This document shows, in pieces, positions 39,744 through 52,700 of a stretch of DNA of 64,000 bases (positions are counted from its first letter, which is position 1; every line of letters starts with the position of its first letter). The stretch is taken from the NCBI RefSeq assembly GCF_000981445.1, contig NC_027217.1, positions 2,170,001-2,234,000 on the forward strand, read 5' to 3'. The stretch comes from Babesia bigemina. Its lineage: Eukaryota. The notes beneath the pieces are model-generated. The model was not told where the DNA came from. It saw only the letters and a program-made list of their open reading frames with translations, and did not search any database. The position numbers and the translations under genes were made by a program.

Positions 39744-41432
39744 ATGAGTGATGTTGCTGCGGGGTCGCCTACTACGCCTGGCTCGATGGCAGCACCTGAG
39801 GAGGCTATACAGGCGGATGTCGCCGCGAGCGGGAGCGATGCACGCCCTACCGACACCGCTGCGTCTCCGACTGCGAGCGATGTGCACTCGGTGACGACGC
39901 CATGCACGGTTACGAGCTCGGTTGCGACGCCCCTCAGGACACACATCGCCGGAGTTTCGGAGCTGCCGGCTGTCTACCTCCCGCCGATCCACTACTCCTA
40001 TGACCGGGAGACCGGAACCTGGATCAAGCTGCCCCAGGATGGTAATGCGCTGCCGTCGTCCTTTAGCGTGCCGTCCTCAAGCGTGGTGAACACGGTTGCG
40101 GCCTCGACCATACGTTCGGTGCCGTCTACGCCGATCGAGGAATCGTTCATCGAGCCGAGGAGCACGGTCAGGGTGGTGCCCGCCACGAGTCCATCGGTGC
40201 AGTCGTTCACGACTCACATATCGCAGATCTCCAGAAACTTGAATACAGACAATGAGTCGCAGGCTACCACGCAGTGCCAGGCGCCGCAACACCCGCCGCG
40301 GTTCTACTCGTCGCCGCCAATGCAGGTTGGCACGGGCACGTCTTACGTGGTGAATCCCGTGGTAAATCGCGAATACACGTGCGTGTCGCCCCTGATGCCG
40401 TACGGCGTTGCAACTCAGGCGACTCCGGTACACGTATGCTCGCCTCCCGTGGCGCAGCCCGCTCCGGCTGTGGTGAGGAACCAGTTCACATTCGACGGCC
40501 CCGCGCCCAGCTTCCCAGGATCGCCAGCGCCTGCATACGAGCCCTACTCTGCGCATACGACGCCGCGGCCTGCGAGTGCGGCCCAGGCGTTTGCGACGTC
40601 CATGGGCCGCACCTACAACGCGGCGGCGGGCGTGTTCCGCAGCTTTGACGATATGGCCGCGAACCCTGCCGTCACAGGAATGCAACGCATGCTGCATCCC
40701 GTGGCCACGGACTTTGTCAAGGCCGCTGTTTTCAAGCTGCAACGGTTGGAAAACGTGCCTGCATCCACCAATTCCGTGAACAAGGTCGCCTACAGTCTCG
40801 TGGCGTATTTCGACCCCACGACAGAGAACTACGGCGCTTACCGCTCGCGTCCGCGCTGGGGGATCCCGAACGACCGGCCAAACAGCGCTAACTGTGACTT
40901 GCGTGGCGATGTTATCAAGATCCCGTGGCAGGGCGAGATCTACGTCTTTCTGAAGGTGCTGGAGCACGTCAACCAGATAGAGACCGTAGTCGGACGCATG
41001 AAGCTACACATCGAGTCGCTCGTGAGGCAGCACCCGCTGCGCGTGAACATCATCAGCGACGACAACCACCTCGCCGGCAGCGCCATCCTGGAGTTCAGCG
41101 TCGGACACATGAGCCACGACGAACTCCGCGACGCCCAGGACGAGGCGCTGCGCGTGGCGACCTCCCGCAGGCAGATGGACTACCAGTACCGCGCGAACCG
41201 GATGCCGGAGTACGAAGCGAGCCTCCAGCAGCACAGGCAGACGCAGCGCGACAGGGCCGCCGCGGAGTACCGGAATTCGCCCGCGGGATACCGCGAACGC
41301 GCACGGCCGATGGCGCTCGGAGAGGTGTGTTTAGCGCTAATATAATTCCATCGCGTGCAGGTGCAAGTACCGGCGGCACTGAACCACTTTGTGAGGTGGT
41401 GCTGCGACATCACAGACAGCGACCTGTACTGA
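39744..41432 (+). CDS. Hypothetical protein: P/S/T-rich N-terminus, C2-like beta domain, terminal 'WCCD' (possible palmitoylated pellicle/IMC protein)
   Basis: 533-aa ORF plus a 36-nt intron (41325-41360) leading to VQVPAALNHFVRWCCDITDSDLY*. The function is inferred. Confidence 0.75.
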
Positions 41433-41482
41433 CGCGCCGCAGCGGCAACCGACTCACCTAATCACTCGTAGTATTTCCATGT

Positions 41483-42878
41483 ATGTCCGTGAAAATGTAC
41501 GGCGGCCGGGGCGGGCAGTATCATGGCGGTGGCCCCGGTAACAGCAACTACGTGGGTGGTAGGCTACTCGCGTCGTTCAGACAACCTGCGCAGACGTCTG
41601 GTACGCGCCGCGCAACAGCGGTCCACGAGAGGACTACACGATGCGCGGGCAGGGAAACCCTGGCGGCAACTATCGCAGCAACAACCCCTCGAGGTGAGTG
41701 TCCACGGCGCGCACGCGCTGCCGTACGGGAGTCAACTGGCGCAGGCGAGGAGGGAGGCCGGACTCCGAAAACACAATCTGCAGGCATCATGCGCTGAACG
41801 GTAGGTCGCGACAGTGGCAAGAAATGGACCGACCGCAGATCAATGCCGCTTCGGCGCCAAGTGCCTCTACCGCCACACCCTGAAGAGAGTATGCTTCCTG
41901 CAAGACGTCTGCCACAAGGGCGTGTACACGCTCGCCGTGTGCCGCGTGAGCGACACGCGGCTGGAGCTGTTCGCCACGGGCCAGGGCACCAGCGTCAAGA
42001 GGCTCTCGCTAGCGGGCGACATCAACGGCGGCATCTCCCTGATGGAGCAGACTTCGTTCACGCTGAACGTCCAATATGTAGACAAGAACTCATACCAGCC
42101 GAGGAATAGGCGCTCGTCGGACCAGGTCGTATTCAGCATGCGCTGCATCAACGACTGCCTCTTCGCGGGGCTGCGCACGGGGCACATATCAGTGTACCAC
42201 ATCCCTACCGGCACATCCACACTCATATACGGGCACTCGGCGCCAGTGACGACCGCCATTCTGGTGGACACGGCCGTGCTGACGGCGTGCGAGCAGGGGA
42301 AGATATGCATTTGGAGCTTCGACAGCGCAACCAACGGATTCACATGCGTCAACACCATCGCCACCAACACCACCATATCGTGCCTGCTGGAGGTCAACGA
42401 CGGAGTCAATCGGAAGCTATGGGCCGCGGGGAACTCCATCACCGTCATTGACCTCACCACCCTGAGCGTGGTCCGGACCACACCGATACCCAACGACTTC
42501 GCAAAGGCGATGGTGCGATACGGGCAGCACGTCATCGTGGCGCTGCACTCAGGCGACTGCGTGGTGCTCGATGCGAACGTGGAGATGGTGTACCGCGTGC
42601 CGGGAGATGGAGTCGCCCTCACGGCCATGGATGGAATGCAAAGCGAGCGGGGGGACGTCCTGCTACTGGGCAAAAAGTCCGGCGTGCTTAACATGTACCA
42701 GATACCCGCGTTCAACCTCGAGGGCACGCTCAACTGCAATTTCGACGGGCCGCGCAATACCAAGTGGCCGGGGATATCCGCCATCACGTCCTTGGGAGGA
42801 GGCCTATTCGTCACCGCGGGCTACGACGGGCACCTGCAGATATTCCGGTACTCCAACAACGCCGGACCAGGGTTCTGA
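41483..42878 (+). CDS. CCCH zinc finger + WD40-like beta-propeller protein with RGG/G-rich N-terminus, multi-exon
   Basis: Spliced 'CRHHALN|DQCRFGAKCLYRH' CCCH; 'GHSAPVT..GKICIW', 'FVTAGYDGHLQIF'. Confidence 0.8.
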
Positions 42879-43380
42879 GTGGGGCCGTGGGGCCTCCTGT
42901 GCGCAGGAGCGTAGCGGCAAAGCTCGCTTGTAGTGGTGGACAGATAGCAATGGAGGGGACGCGTGGAACCCGGAACAGGGGCGTCGCCGCCCGACCACAA
43001 ACTGACACGACTGTCTGGCCAGATGCAACGGCTGCAATGACTCCGTTGGTCGCCATACAAAGCCAATATCTTCACTTGAGTTAATGTTAATCTGTAATAG
43101 TATGATTCCTCCTTTGCCGGCGGGTGCGTGTCCGCGTGCATTTGCGGCTCGTGCTGGGCCGTTGGGCGCTGCTGCGACTTGGGGCGACAAGAAGCCATAT
43201 GGGACGGATGCCGCTGAGTAGGGCGATACACGTAACGGTAACTGGTCGCGGATCCAAGGCGCTGCGAAAGCAGTATAAATGGTAAAACATTAGCAACTTG
43301 ATAGTTGGCGCGTCCGATGGTCGCCGCCGATGATGGTTCAGTCGCCTTCAAACTGCGAATGGGCCGCCGACAAAGCGAAG

Positions 43381-45394
43381 TTAGCGGCAGAGCACAATGT
43401 CGTCAATCTTGAGGATCATCATCACGGTCTCAGTGGCCAGCTTCAGCGCGGACAGCGTCACCAACATGGGCTGGATCACCTTGTCGTCCATCATGTTCGA
43501 CACGGCGCCCTTCTTGGAGTTGATGCCGAACTTGGTGCCGCCCTCCTCCAAGTGCCTGTTGCGCAGCTCGGTGATGACCTTGAGGGGGTGCAGCCCGGCG
43601 TTCTCAGCCAGGGTGTACGGCACGACCTCCAGGGCCTCTGCGAATGCCTTGATGCAGACCTGCTCCACGCCGTGCAGCGTGCGGGCCCACGCCCCAAGCC
43701 TCTGGGACAGCGCCATCTCCGTGGCGCCGCCGCCGGCCACGATGGCGCGCTTCTTCACGAGACAACGCACCACACAAAGGGCGTCGTGCAGCGAACGCTC
43801 AGCCTCGTCCAGCATCAGGCTGTTGGAGGCGCGAACGAGCACAGACGCGGTCTTCTTCATGTTGACGCCGGTTATCTTGACGATCTGCTGGCCGCCCTCG
43901 AACTCGGACTCCACAAGCTCCGCCGTCCCCAGCTTCTCCTTCGTGAAGTGGTCCAGGCTGGCAACCTCCTCGCAACCGATGGCGCGCGTGATGAACTCGA
44001 TGTCCTCGCGCTCGATGTCCTTGATGACCATGATCTTGGCCTTAGCCAGGTAGTCAAGCGACAGGTCGGTGACGGCGTCCCTCAAAATGGACTTCTGGAT
44101 GAGCAGCACGTTGCAGCCGGTCGCAGCAATCTGCTTGACCATGCGAGCAGTGATGAGCCTTTCCTCGCGCATGATACGGTCGATGGACTGGTAGTCCTTC
44201 ACGACAATCGTGTTCTCCATGTCGGTCTTGGGCGGCGACAGGCAGAATTGGATTAGCCCGACCTTGGCGTTCACCACGCGGGTGGGGCCGCTTGCGACGC
44301 GGATGATCTTCTGCTGCGTCAGCACCAGGCCGTTCACCATTTCGGTGTCCTCCACGGTGCCGCCGATGCTCTTGACCACGCGGATGTTGTTCAGGTCCAC
44401 GTTGGTCGAGTCCTTCTCGTCCATGACCGCGAGCACGCTGTCCACGGCGATTGGGGCCAGCAGCGAGGCGTTGGTGGAGACCACCTTCGAGTGCAGAGAG
44501 ATGGCAGCGATGTTGGTCAGCGTCTCCTTGTCGTCCAGGCTGATGGGTTGCGCGATCTCCTCCATCAGTTCCTCGCACTTCTCGACGGCCATCTTGAAGC
44601 TGTTGGCCACAGTCTGCGGGTGGATGCCTTGGTTCAGCAGGTTGTCGGCCATCTCGAGCAGAGCGCCGCACACGACGATGACGGTAGTGGTGCCGTCTCC
44701 GGCCTCCACATCCTGTGACTTGCTCAACTCGACCATCTGCAGACAGATTAACAGGTGCTTATTGGCGATAGAAACACTATTGTAAATTTAATACGGCATC
44801 GCCATACAGGCTGAGGCGCCATAGGGAGATCCATGAACACGCCACTCAGCTTTTGGAGAACGGCGAGCTCATCACATCAACACCAACACCAACACCAACC
44901 ACGCAACTACGAATCGGCAATTCAAAAGAGACTCTCGTCAAATGAGATCAATTTGCACGGTTCCACATGGTTCGAAGGTGACTCCGCGTGGAATCCGACG
45001 TTAGGCATGGCGGCAACCGCCATCGGTTCGACCAGGTCACGCAAAGGGTACGTGCAACATCAACAAGTCCACGACCATAGAATAGGGAGCCAGTAACATA
45101 CCATTTTGGCAGTAGGGTGCGCCAGACGGAGCTCCTTCAGTATAGTGGCGCCGTCATTGGTCACAACGACGCCAGCCTTGCCGTCCTGGATCATCTTGTC
45201 CATGCCCCTCGGGCCCATGGAGGTGCGGATCATGTCGGCGACGGCTGCGTGACATGAGCAACTGAGACGCCGGCAGAATACCCACCTCGCGCGGCGATGA
45301 TGTTCTGCTTGCGCACGTCGGTCTGTTTTTCGTTGCGGTTCCACACACCGCTCTTGGCGGCAGGCGCCGGGGCCTCAGCTGCGACCTTCGACAT
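43381..45394 (-). CDS. CCT4: Chaperonin CCT/TCP-1 delta subunit (3 exons; 365-nt intron 44737-45101)
   Basis: '[11 protein letters not shown]', '[14 protein letters not shown]', 'GDGTTTV', '[15 protein letters not shown]', '[17 protein letters not shown]'. Confidence 0.96.
44878..44898 (+). repeat. (CAACAC)n microsatellite, ~3.5 units, in the CCT4 intron
   Basis: CAACACCAACACCAACACCAA. Confidence 0.8.
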
Positions 45395-46345
45395 CGTCGC
45401 GGGCTGCTCGTGGCCTGACGGCGTTGGCGTAGACGCTCGAGTAGCGGTGTAGCCTAGACCGATGTCTCGGCGATGTCTTGCAGCGGTTGCGTTGCGCCGC
45501 CGGGACGATTGAAGTGATGCGCGTTCACTCCGTTGCCTTCCGCTGAGCCGGCCTCTGTGCTAAGGCAAACGAAAGTGCAGGTATGACGGTATATCGACAC
45601 TTCAATGCGGTGGAACGCAAAATGTGATGTAAGTCGGCAGGCGGCTCCGCCATGAGCGGCCGTTAACTGCGCGTCGCACCACACAGCGAGGGAGTACTGC
45701 GCAGCGCAACGTGAGCGCACGGACAAACTGTCTACAGACGCGTCTAACGCGCTAAATGTGTAATTGTTTAGCAGCCGTAGGGTACGCCACAGGGCGTTTC
45801 GGTGTAACCGTACACTCCACGGCGTTCTAATCGTACGGGTGTATACGCAGTCGCGGCGCTGCGCAGTCTTCTACGCGCCTTCCTCTGCCGTCGCCACGCC
45901 ACAAGTAATTATAAGCGCATAATACGATGTCTTCCGTAGGAGTGTGTCTGGCGTCCGTCGTCAAAGCAGCCGTCTCGCGGGGCTGCGTTCGCACAAACTC
46001 ATATCCAGCACACGACGCGGTTTTACCGCTAATAACGACCTTCTTAGCAGCATACTGCGGTGCGAATTGTTAGCAGGCAGCGCAATCAGACGAAACCGGC
46101 TCAACGCCGATAAATGCCCTACTTTCCTGCTTACGCTCCTCACGGCCGCTCGGTGCCTGCCCGTTGCGTGACTCCTACTTTTTGGTTGCCTCACCATCGA
46201 TACCGCTGTAAGGATATAAAATGGACGGCCATACCCCGCGTACTTAAGTACGCCGTGGGTTACTGCGGTAGCGCGCTGCGCTGGGTACGCAACTTCCGCG
46301 GAGCGTGCCAGCCTCGGGGAGCTATCGAATGCGGATTCCGCCAGG

Positions 46346-49300
46346 ATGTGGGACGACGCTCACGCGAAGCGTGGAAGGACGTCGGTGTTCCGGCCTTCCG
46401 GGCAGGTGGGCCTCGTCTGCGACGGCCGCGCCACCTGCCTCAACGTGATCGGCACGACGGCCTTCGTGGTGACGTCGACGCTGCGACAGTTCACAGTATA
46501 CGACGCGTTTGCGATGCGGATCGCATTCGTGTCGCTGCCGCTACAGTACGAAATCCGGCATATCGCAACCCTGTTGGAAAATGTGTTCGTCGTTCTGGGC
46601 AACGGGGCAATCTACGCATTCCACCGATACGACCAGCGCCGTATCGACAGTAAGCACTCGGCGGCGGTGCTGGGCATCGAAATCGTGGACGGGCACCTCG
46701 TTACCTTCAGCAGCAAGGAGGTGATCACGTACGAGCTTATGAAGCCTAGCCCAGCTCCAGCGGCGGCCAAGGGTGCCCGGAGCGCTGGTGTGGCACGACC
46801 GCCAAGTGAACACACGAGCGGCACTGCAACTGACGGTAAAAGTGAAGCAGTGGCTAATGGCGCCACGAGTAGCGCTGATGGCGGTAGTGATAAGGGAACT
46901 GAGAACAAAAGCCAGCAATGGATACCCAGCAAGACGATACCCATGTCGGACGGGATATCCATCGAGATGCTTATCCCGCTCGCCGGGTTCAAGAATAAGG
47001 TGCTATTAGCGTCGAGCAACGGCCAGGTGCATCTCTGCAACGTCTCCACGGGGAGTCTCATATACACGTTCCGCTTCCCCGACCCGGTGCTGCTGCACCA
47101 GGTTAAGGAGGGCGGGCAGGGAGTCACGGCGATGGTCCAGTCCAAGCTCAAATCGAACGCTATCGTCGCTGTGGCGTACCGGAGCGGCGAGGTGGTGCTG
47201 GCGGACATCAAGTCTGACCAGTCGCTGGGCACGTTCCGCCTGTCGAAGCAGCAGCAACATGCGACGTCCATGGTGTTCGTCTACGACGCCCTGGGGATGC
47301 TGCTGCGTGGCGAGAAAAGCGCGATTGCACGAGAAGCGTTGCTGGTAGGTGCCGCGAACGGCGACATTGTGGTTTTCGACCTCACGGAATTCCGGACCTT
47401 CGGCGTGGTTGAGCATGCCCACGCAGGCGCGGTGCGCAACATCATGTACGTCGAAAGCGCCAACCACATCATCACCGCGGGAACCGACAACGCGTTGGTG
47501 CTGTGGGCGATGGACTCCGACAAGCAGCTTCTGCGCGAACTCAAGAACCGCCGGGGGCTCATCGGCGAAATCGGCTTGATGAAAACATACGACGCCGACG
47601 AGCTTGACTTGCTGGTATGCAGCAGCGCTGATGGCGTGGGGTACCTGGGAAAGGCGTCGACCATTCAGCAGTTGCGATGCAGCACATTCTCCACCAGCGC
47701 CTCGAAGAATAAACTGAGGCCCATCACCGCAATCGCAACCTGCTACCAGAGGCACTACGACTGGCCCAATATCGCAACGTGCCACAAAAACACCTCGGCA
47801 GTGCATATTTGGAGCGGACATCGGCGGTCACTGGTGGAGGCGGTCTTGCGCGCGCCCAACGTCTCGGTGCCAGCCACGGCGGTTTGCATCAGCAGCTGCG
47901 GCAACTACGTCGCCGTCGGCTACGACAATGGGTGCATGCATCTCTTCAATCTGCAGGTATGCAGTGTGTAGTGTCGTGTCATAAGCGCCGCAGAGCACAA
48001 ACCACGAGGACGAGTTCGTCGTTAAAGCGAATGGCGCACGTTCGCCGGCGCACCCGGCACGCGTGATCATGATGTCGCTGCTGGGAGGCACGCAACTGAT
48101 TTCGGTGTCGAACTCCAGCGAGGTAGGTTTACGATTATGAACGACTAACGTGCCCAGGACCGTTCCATCCGCGTGTGGGACATCGCTACTGTCGCCCTTA
48201 AGAGCACCTACGACCCCGAGATACCCAAAGGTGCCCACATCTACCTCGCTGTTTGCGGAGTTAGTCTAACATATGCGTAGTATTCATGTTTTCGCAGAGC
48301 TTGCTCACTGCGCTGGCGTGCTCCGACGGCGTGATATACCTGGTTGACGTCATCGGCAAGATGGTGATCCGCACCATTCCGTATGGAAAGGTGACCTCCA
48401 TGTCGTTTCACCCCAACGGCAGCTGGTTCGTTGCCAATGCTAGCGATTCTACCATGGTGATTTATGACATCCTGGCCGCTTGCTACGTGGAGTACGCCAA
48501 GTTCACTGGTAGCGTGCTAGCGGTCAACATCGACTCGTCCGGCGCCTTCCTGAACGTGGCGGTGGACAACGCGCCGGGCATGATCCTCCGGTACGCAAAC
48601 AAGCACGTCTTCGAAATCAACGCCAAAACTATGCTGTACAAGGATTTGGCGTCGGAGCCCGTGTTGCTCCAGCTGCCGTGCGTGGTAAACGACGAGTCGG
48701 ATCCCGAGAACACCAGAGACGCCAACGTGCCAGAGGGGTCGGACGCTGGCGATGTGGAGATGCAGGTGGACTACCGCTCCTCCAGCGAGCCGCTGGCGGA
48801 AGGCTTGATGACGCTCTCCGGAATGAATTCGGGGCGTCTGCAGAGCATCCTCTTTTTGGATGAGATCAAGGAGAAGAGCAAGCCTATAGAGCCGCCAAAG
48901 GCCCCTGCGGACCTGCCATTCTTCTTGCCGACGACGTACAAGGACGGGCAGCTGGTCTTCGTGGAGCCCACAGAAAACAGCACGCTCGACGAACAGGCGT
49001 CTAGCACGAGAAAGCGCATTGTACGCTCGTCGGAAGCGCTTCCAGACTTCGAGAAACTTATTCTGGCAAAGGTGGAGGCGCCAAAGAAATATGAAGGTGG
49101 GACCGGGTTTTTACGTGATTGTAACGTGTTTCAGACATGATGGCCTTTTTGCTGGCACAGTCGCCTTCCGGGGTGCACCTGGCGCTGTCTATGCTGAGCG
49201 TTGAGCATAAGGTGGGTTGTATTTGCGTAACGACGAAAGAGCTGCAGGAGGAGGCGCTGACGACAATGCTGAAGTTCTTCGAGTACTATCAGGCCAGCCG

Positions 49301-49505
49301 CAAGCACTCCGATGCCTTGCAGGTGTTGCTGCACGTGTTCCTGCGCTATCACGGCGACCAACTGAGTAGCCTCGGGGGCGGAGAAACGTGCAACACACTG
49401 GCGCGCCTGGGAACTTCCCTGAAGGAGGATAGTCTGGCGTTGCAGCGGCACTTCGAACGCATCTCGTGCTTCATCAAGTTCCTGACGCACCTCCAGATGG
49501 AATGA
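46346..49505 (+). CDS. UTP21: UTP21/WDR36 (SSU processome UTP-B WD40 protein), multi-exon
   Basis: 'SVFRPSGQVGLV', 'YDWPNIATCH', 'ATAVCISSCGNYVAVG..LFNLQ', 'LMTLSG..LDEIKEKSKPIEPPKAPADLPFFLPT', 'LLAQSPSGV'. The true start may lie upstream. Confidence 0.9.
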
Positions 49506-49713
49506 GGAAGACAATGTACGGAATTGCGCGTTTAAGGCTTATAAACACAACGTGACCACATGCCTAGGTAGCAAATGCGCTACACATCTAACCGGTGGAG
49601 GTGGAAGGCTGCCGCCACCGGGGGGGAATTTTCTCGCCGCTCCGGTGGCTATATTAGGCGACACAGTCAATAAACTATGGCACAAATACAGTATTATTCG
49701 TCGAGGTGAAATC

Positions 49714-52700
49714 ATGAGCCGTCTGTACACGTACTTCGTGACGTCGGCGCCTGGCGGCGCTACGCAGGGCGCGTTGCGCTGCCGCCTGGCGCGGGGCTCG
49801 GAACGCGAGTACCTGGTGTGCCTGAAGAAGTCGCGCATCGATGTCTACTCGCTGGAGAAGGTCGGCCAATCGGACGCTGAGGGCGACGAGCGCCCGGAGG
49901 CGCCGACGCTCACCGCCACGATCGAGGCCCACACCAACCTGCTCACCTTTATCGAGTTCCGGCCACCGGGAGCCGATCAGTCGCATCTGCTCGCGCTGAC
50001 CTGCAACATGCTACTCTTGCTGCTGACATTCGACGCCGCAGCCGGGAAGTTCGCATCGAGGCCGCTGGTCTCCTTACAGGTGAGGCAGCGGTTTATGTGC
50101 TCTTAAGGCTGTGCAGGAGATCGGCGCGCAAGAGATTGAGTCGGACGTGGTGCTGCGGATAGACCCAGGGTACCACTTCATCCTCTTCCACGGGCAGAAG
50201 AAGACACTGAAATGTGTCGTGCTGGACCGCGAAAACTACTTCAACATCGGCCACGTGATCACCATGCGCACGGGCGAAAGCACATTTTTGGACGTCGCGT
50301 TCCTCGACGTTGCCCTGAGGGAGGTTTCGGGACCTGCAGCAGCCCGCCGTGCTGATGTCGGTGCGAACATGTCTGCATCCCGACTCGCCGCTGCATCCGA
50401 GTCATTCACGGAACTCAGCAGATCTAAAATGCGCAAATCCGTACTGGAGTCCAAGATGCTACTCATAGCGGCGCATCGCCGCGGCGCCTCTGCTGCCGAC
50501 GACGGCGAGGGAGCGGAGTTCTGGTACTGTGGCGTGCAGCTGTTCTTCGAGATCGAGCACTGCGACGGCGACCGGCGCTTCACAGCCTACGGGTGCTCGC
50601 CGTTGTTCGGGGAGTCCGTCCCGCTGGCCGAGCGCTTCACGCGATTCGTGCCCTTGAAGCTCAACGCAGGTCCGCGATGCAGCGACGGCGCGCTGCTGCT
50701 GGGTTCGCAGGCCATCGGGTTCGTTTCCTTCCGGGATCCGCGGAATGTCAAGCTCTTCCACATGGACATATCGGTCGGTGAAATAACCAGCCACTGCACA
50801 GTCGAGGAAAACCGCCGTTACCTGGTCGGAGACGATACGGGAGCCTTGTACCTGCTTGACCTGGTGGAGTCGCGCACTCCGATCAACAGCGCCCTCAAGC
50901 GGCGCGTGGAAGCGACCGATTCTTCCCTGCCGGCATCCAAAATCGCAAACGTGGGCACATGCAACTCCATCGTTGACGTCTTCGCCACAAAGGTCGGCGT
51001 CTACTCGCCCCCTTCAGCGCTAGTCATGATCGCCCCCGACCTCGTGTACATCGCAGCCGTGGTGGGCAATTGCCGAACGGTCCGCATCACCGGCATGCAT
51101 CACGGGGACGGACACGCCAGCCATGGTCTTATGAGCGCCTTTGAATGCGACGACGCGATGCGCTCTGTCGAGTCCCGTGACGGCGCCGACCATAAGCATA
51201 GGCGCATAGAATCTTCGGAGAATTGGCGTCAGACCAACCTCGGGCCCATACTCGACTTCACTTTCGGGCCGCAACGCAACCAGGTTGCGGCGCCTATCCT
51301 CGCGTGCTGCGGATACGGGGCGGAAGGCCGCGTATGCAGCATCACCCTTGGCGTCGGGATAGACCTGTTCGCATCGCACACGTTAGAGGGGGTCCGCAGG
51401 ATTTTCGCCGTGAGCACCTCCAACGGCAAATCGGCAATAACAGAGGTCGTTATGTGCTGCGTGTTTTTCAACTACACGCGCTTCTACAAGATCGCACTTC
51501 CAGGTACGGGACACAGGCGGACCTCCGCCAGAACGGTCATCGATCCCGTTGACCAACCTAGGTGGGTGGTGGCGCCCGTATCGGCCGACTCCATTGGTCT
51601 GACGACCAACGCCCGCACGGTGCTGTTCGGCCGCTATGGTAGCAATCGCATAGTTCAGGTGACATCGCTGGGGGTGAGCGTCGTGAGCGCTAATGGGAAC
51701 GACTTCCCGCCGCAGTACTTCAGCGTTTCGGATATTTGCAGCTGCGCCGGTGTTGTAGCCAATCCCGACGCTGCGGCTGTGGCGGTGGTGGATGCGCATT
51801 GGTGTGATGGCGGTATCTTTCTGCTCCTGTCAACACATGTCGCACTCGTGCTTAGCATTGAGGGCGGCATGCGAGTCCCACGCTGGCGCCAGCTGTCTAA
51901 GCAGACGTCTGCCACGGCTTACGTCAGCGGGTCAGAGTTCAAGACCGCACGCCCAAGCGGCCTGATCGCCTTGGCCACGTGGGAGGACACGGAAGTAGTT
52001 CTGCTACGTGATGAGACTCTGGAGACGCTGCATAGGACGAAAGTCATTTGCGGTTACGGAGTGGCGATCACAGCGCTGCGATTCGGCATTATCGAAGACA
52101 AGGCGTTCTTATTCGCAGCGCTGTCAGACGGTACCCTGGTGGTTCACAAGCTGACGTTCGGCAAAACGGTTGGCGACAACAAAAGCTCGTTTAGCAGCGG
52201 TTGTGTGGGCATGACATTGGAGAATATCATAAAGATAAGCGAAGACCCAATCGGCTTGGCGACTCTGGTGGTGACCCCGGGTCAGCAGCCTGGGCGGTTC
52301 TGCCGGTTGGCCGCCTCGCGCATCGTGACCACTGGTGCCAACCCCATGCTGATATACGCGAACAAGGGCAAGGTGGAGTACGTGCCGGTGAATGCGCCGC
52401 ATATCGCCACCATATGCAGCATCGATTCCGGGAGGCAGGTTGGGCACGTGGTGCCGCTACTCTACACGTGCAACCGGGACCAGCTCTGTATCGGCGAGCT
52501 TGACTCCACCAGCCAGCTACACGTGGAGACCATCTGCAGCGGCCGGTCGTTCGACAAGATTTGCTACCATAGCGAGTCCGACCTCGTTGTGGTGGGGTGC
52601 GTCGGTGAGCTTGTCGCCGACTCGGAGAGCAGCATCTCCCGCCGCAGCGCGGTTCAGGCGCATCGCTCACCAACACGAGACTCGGAAGGCGCAGTGCCGA

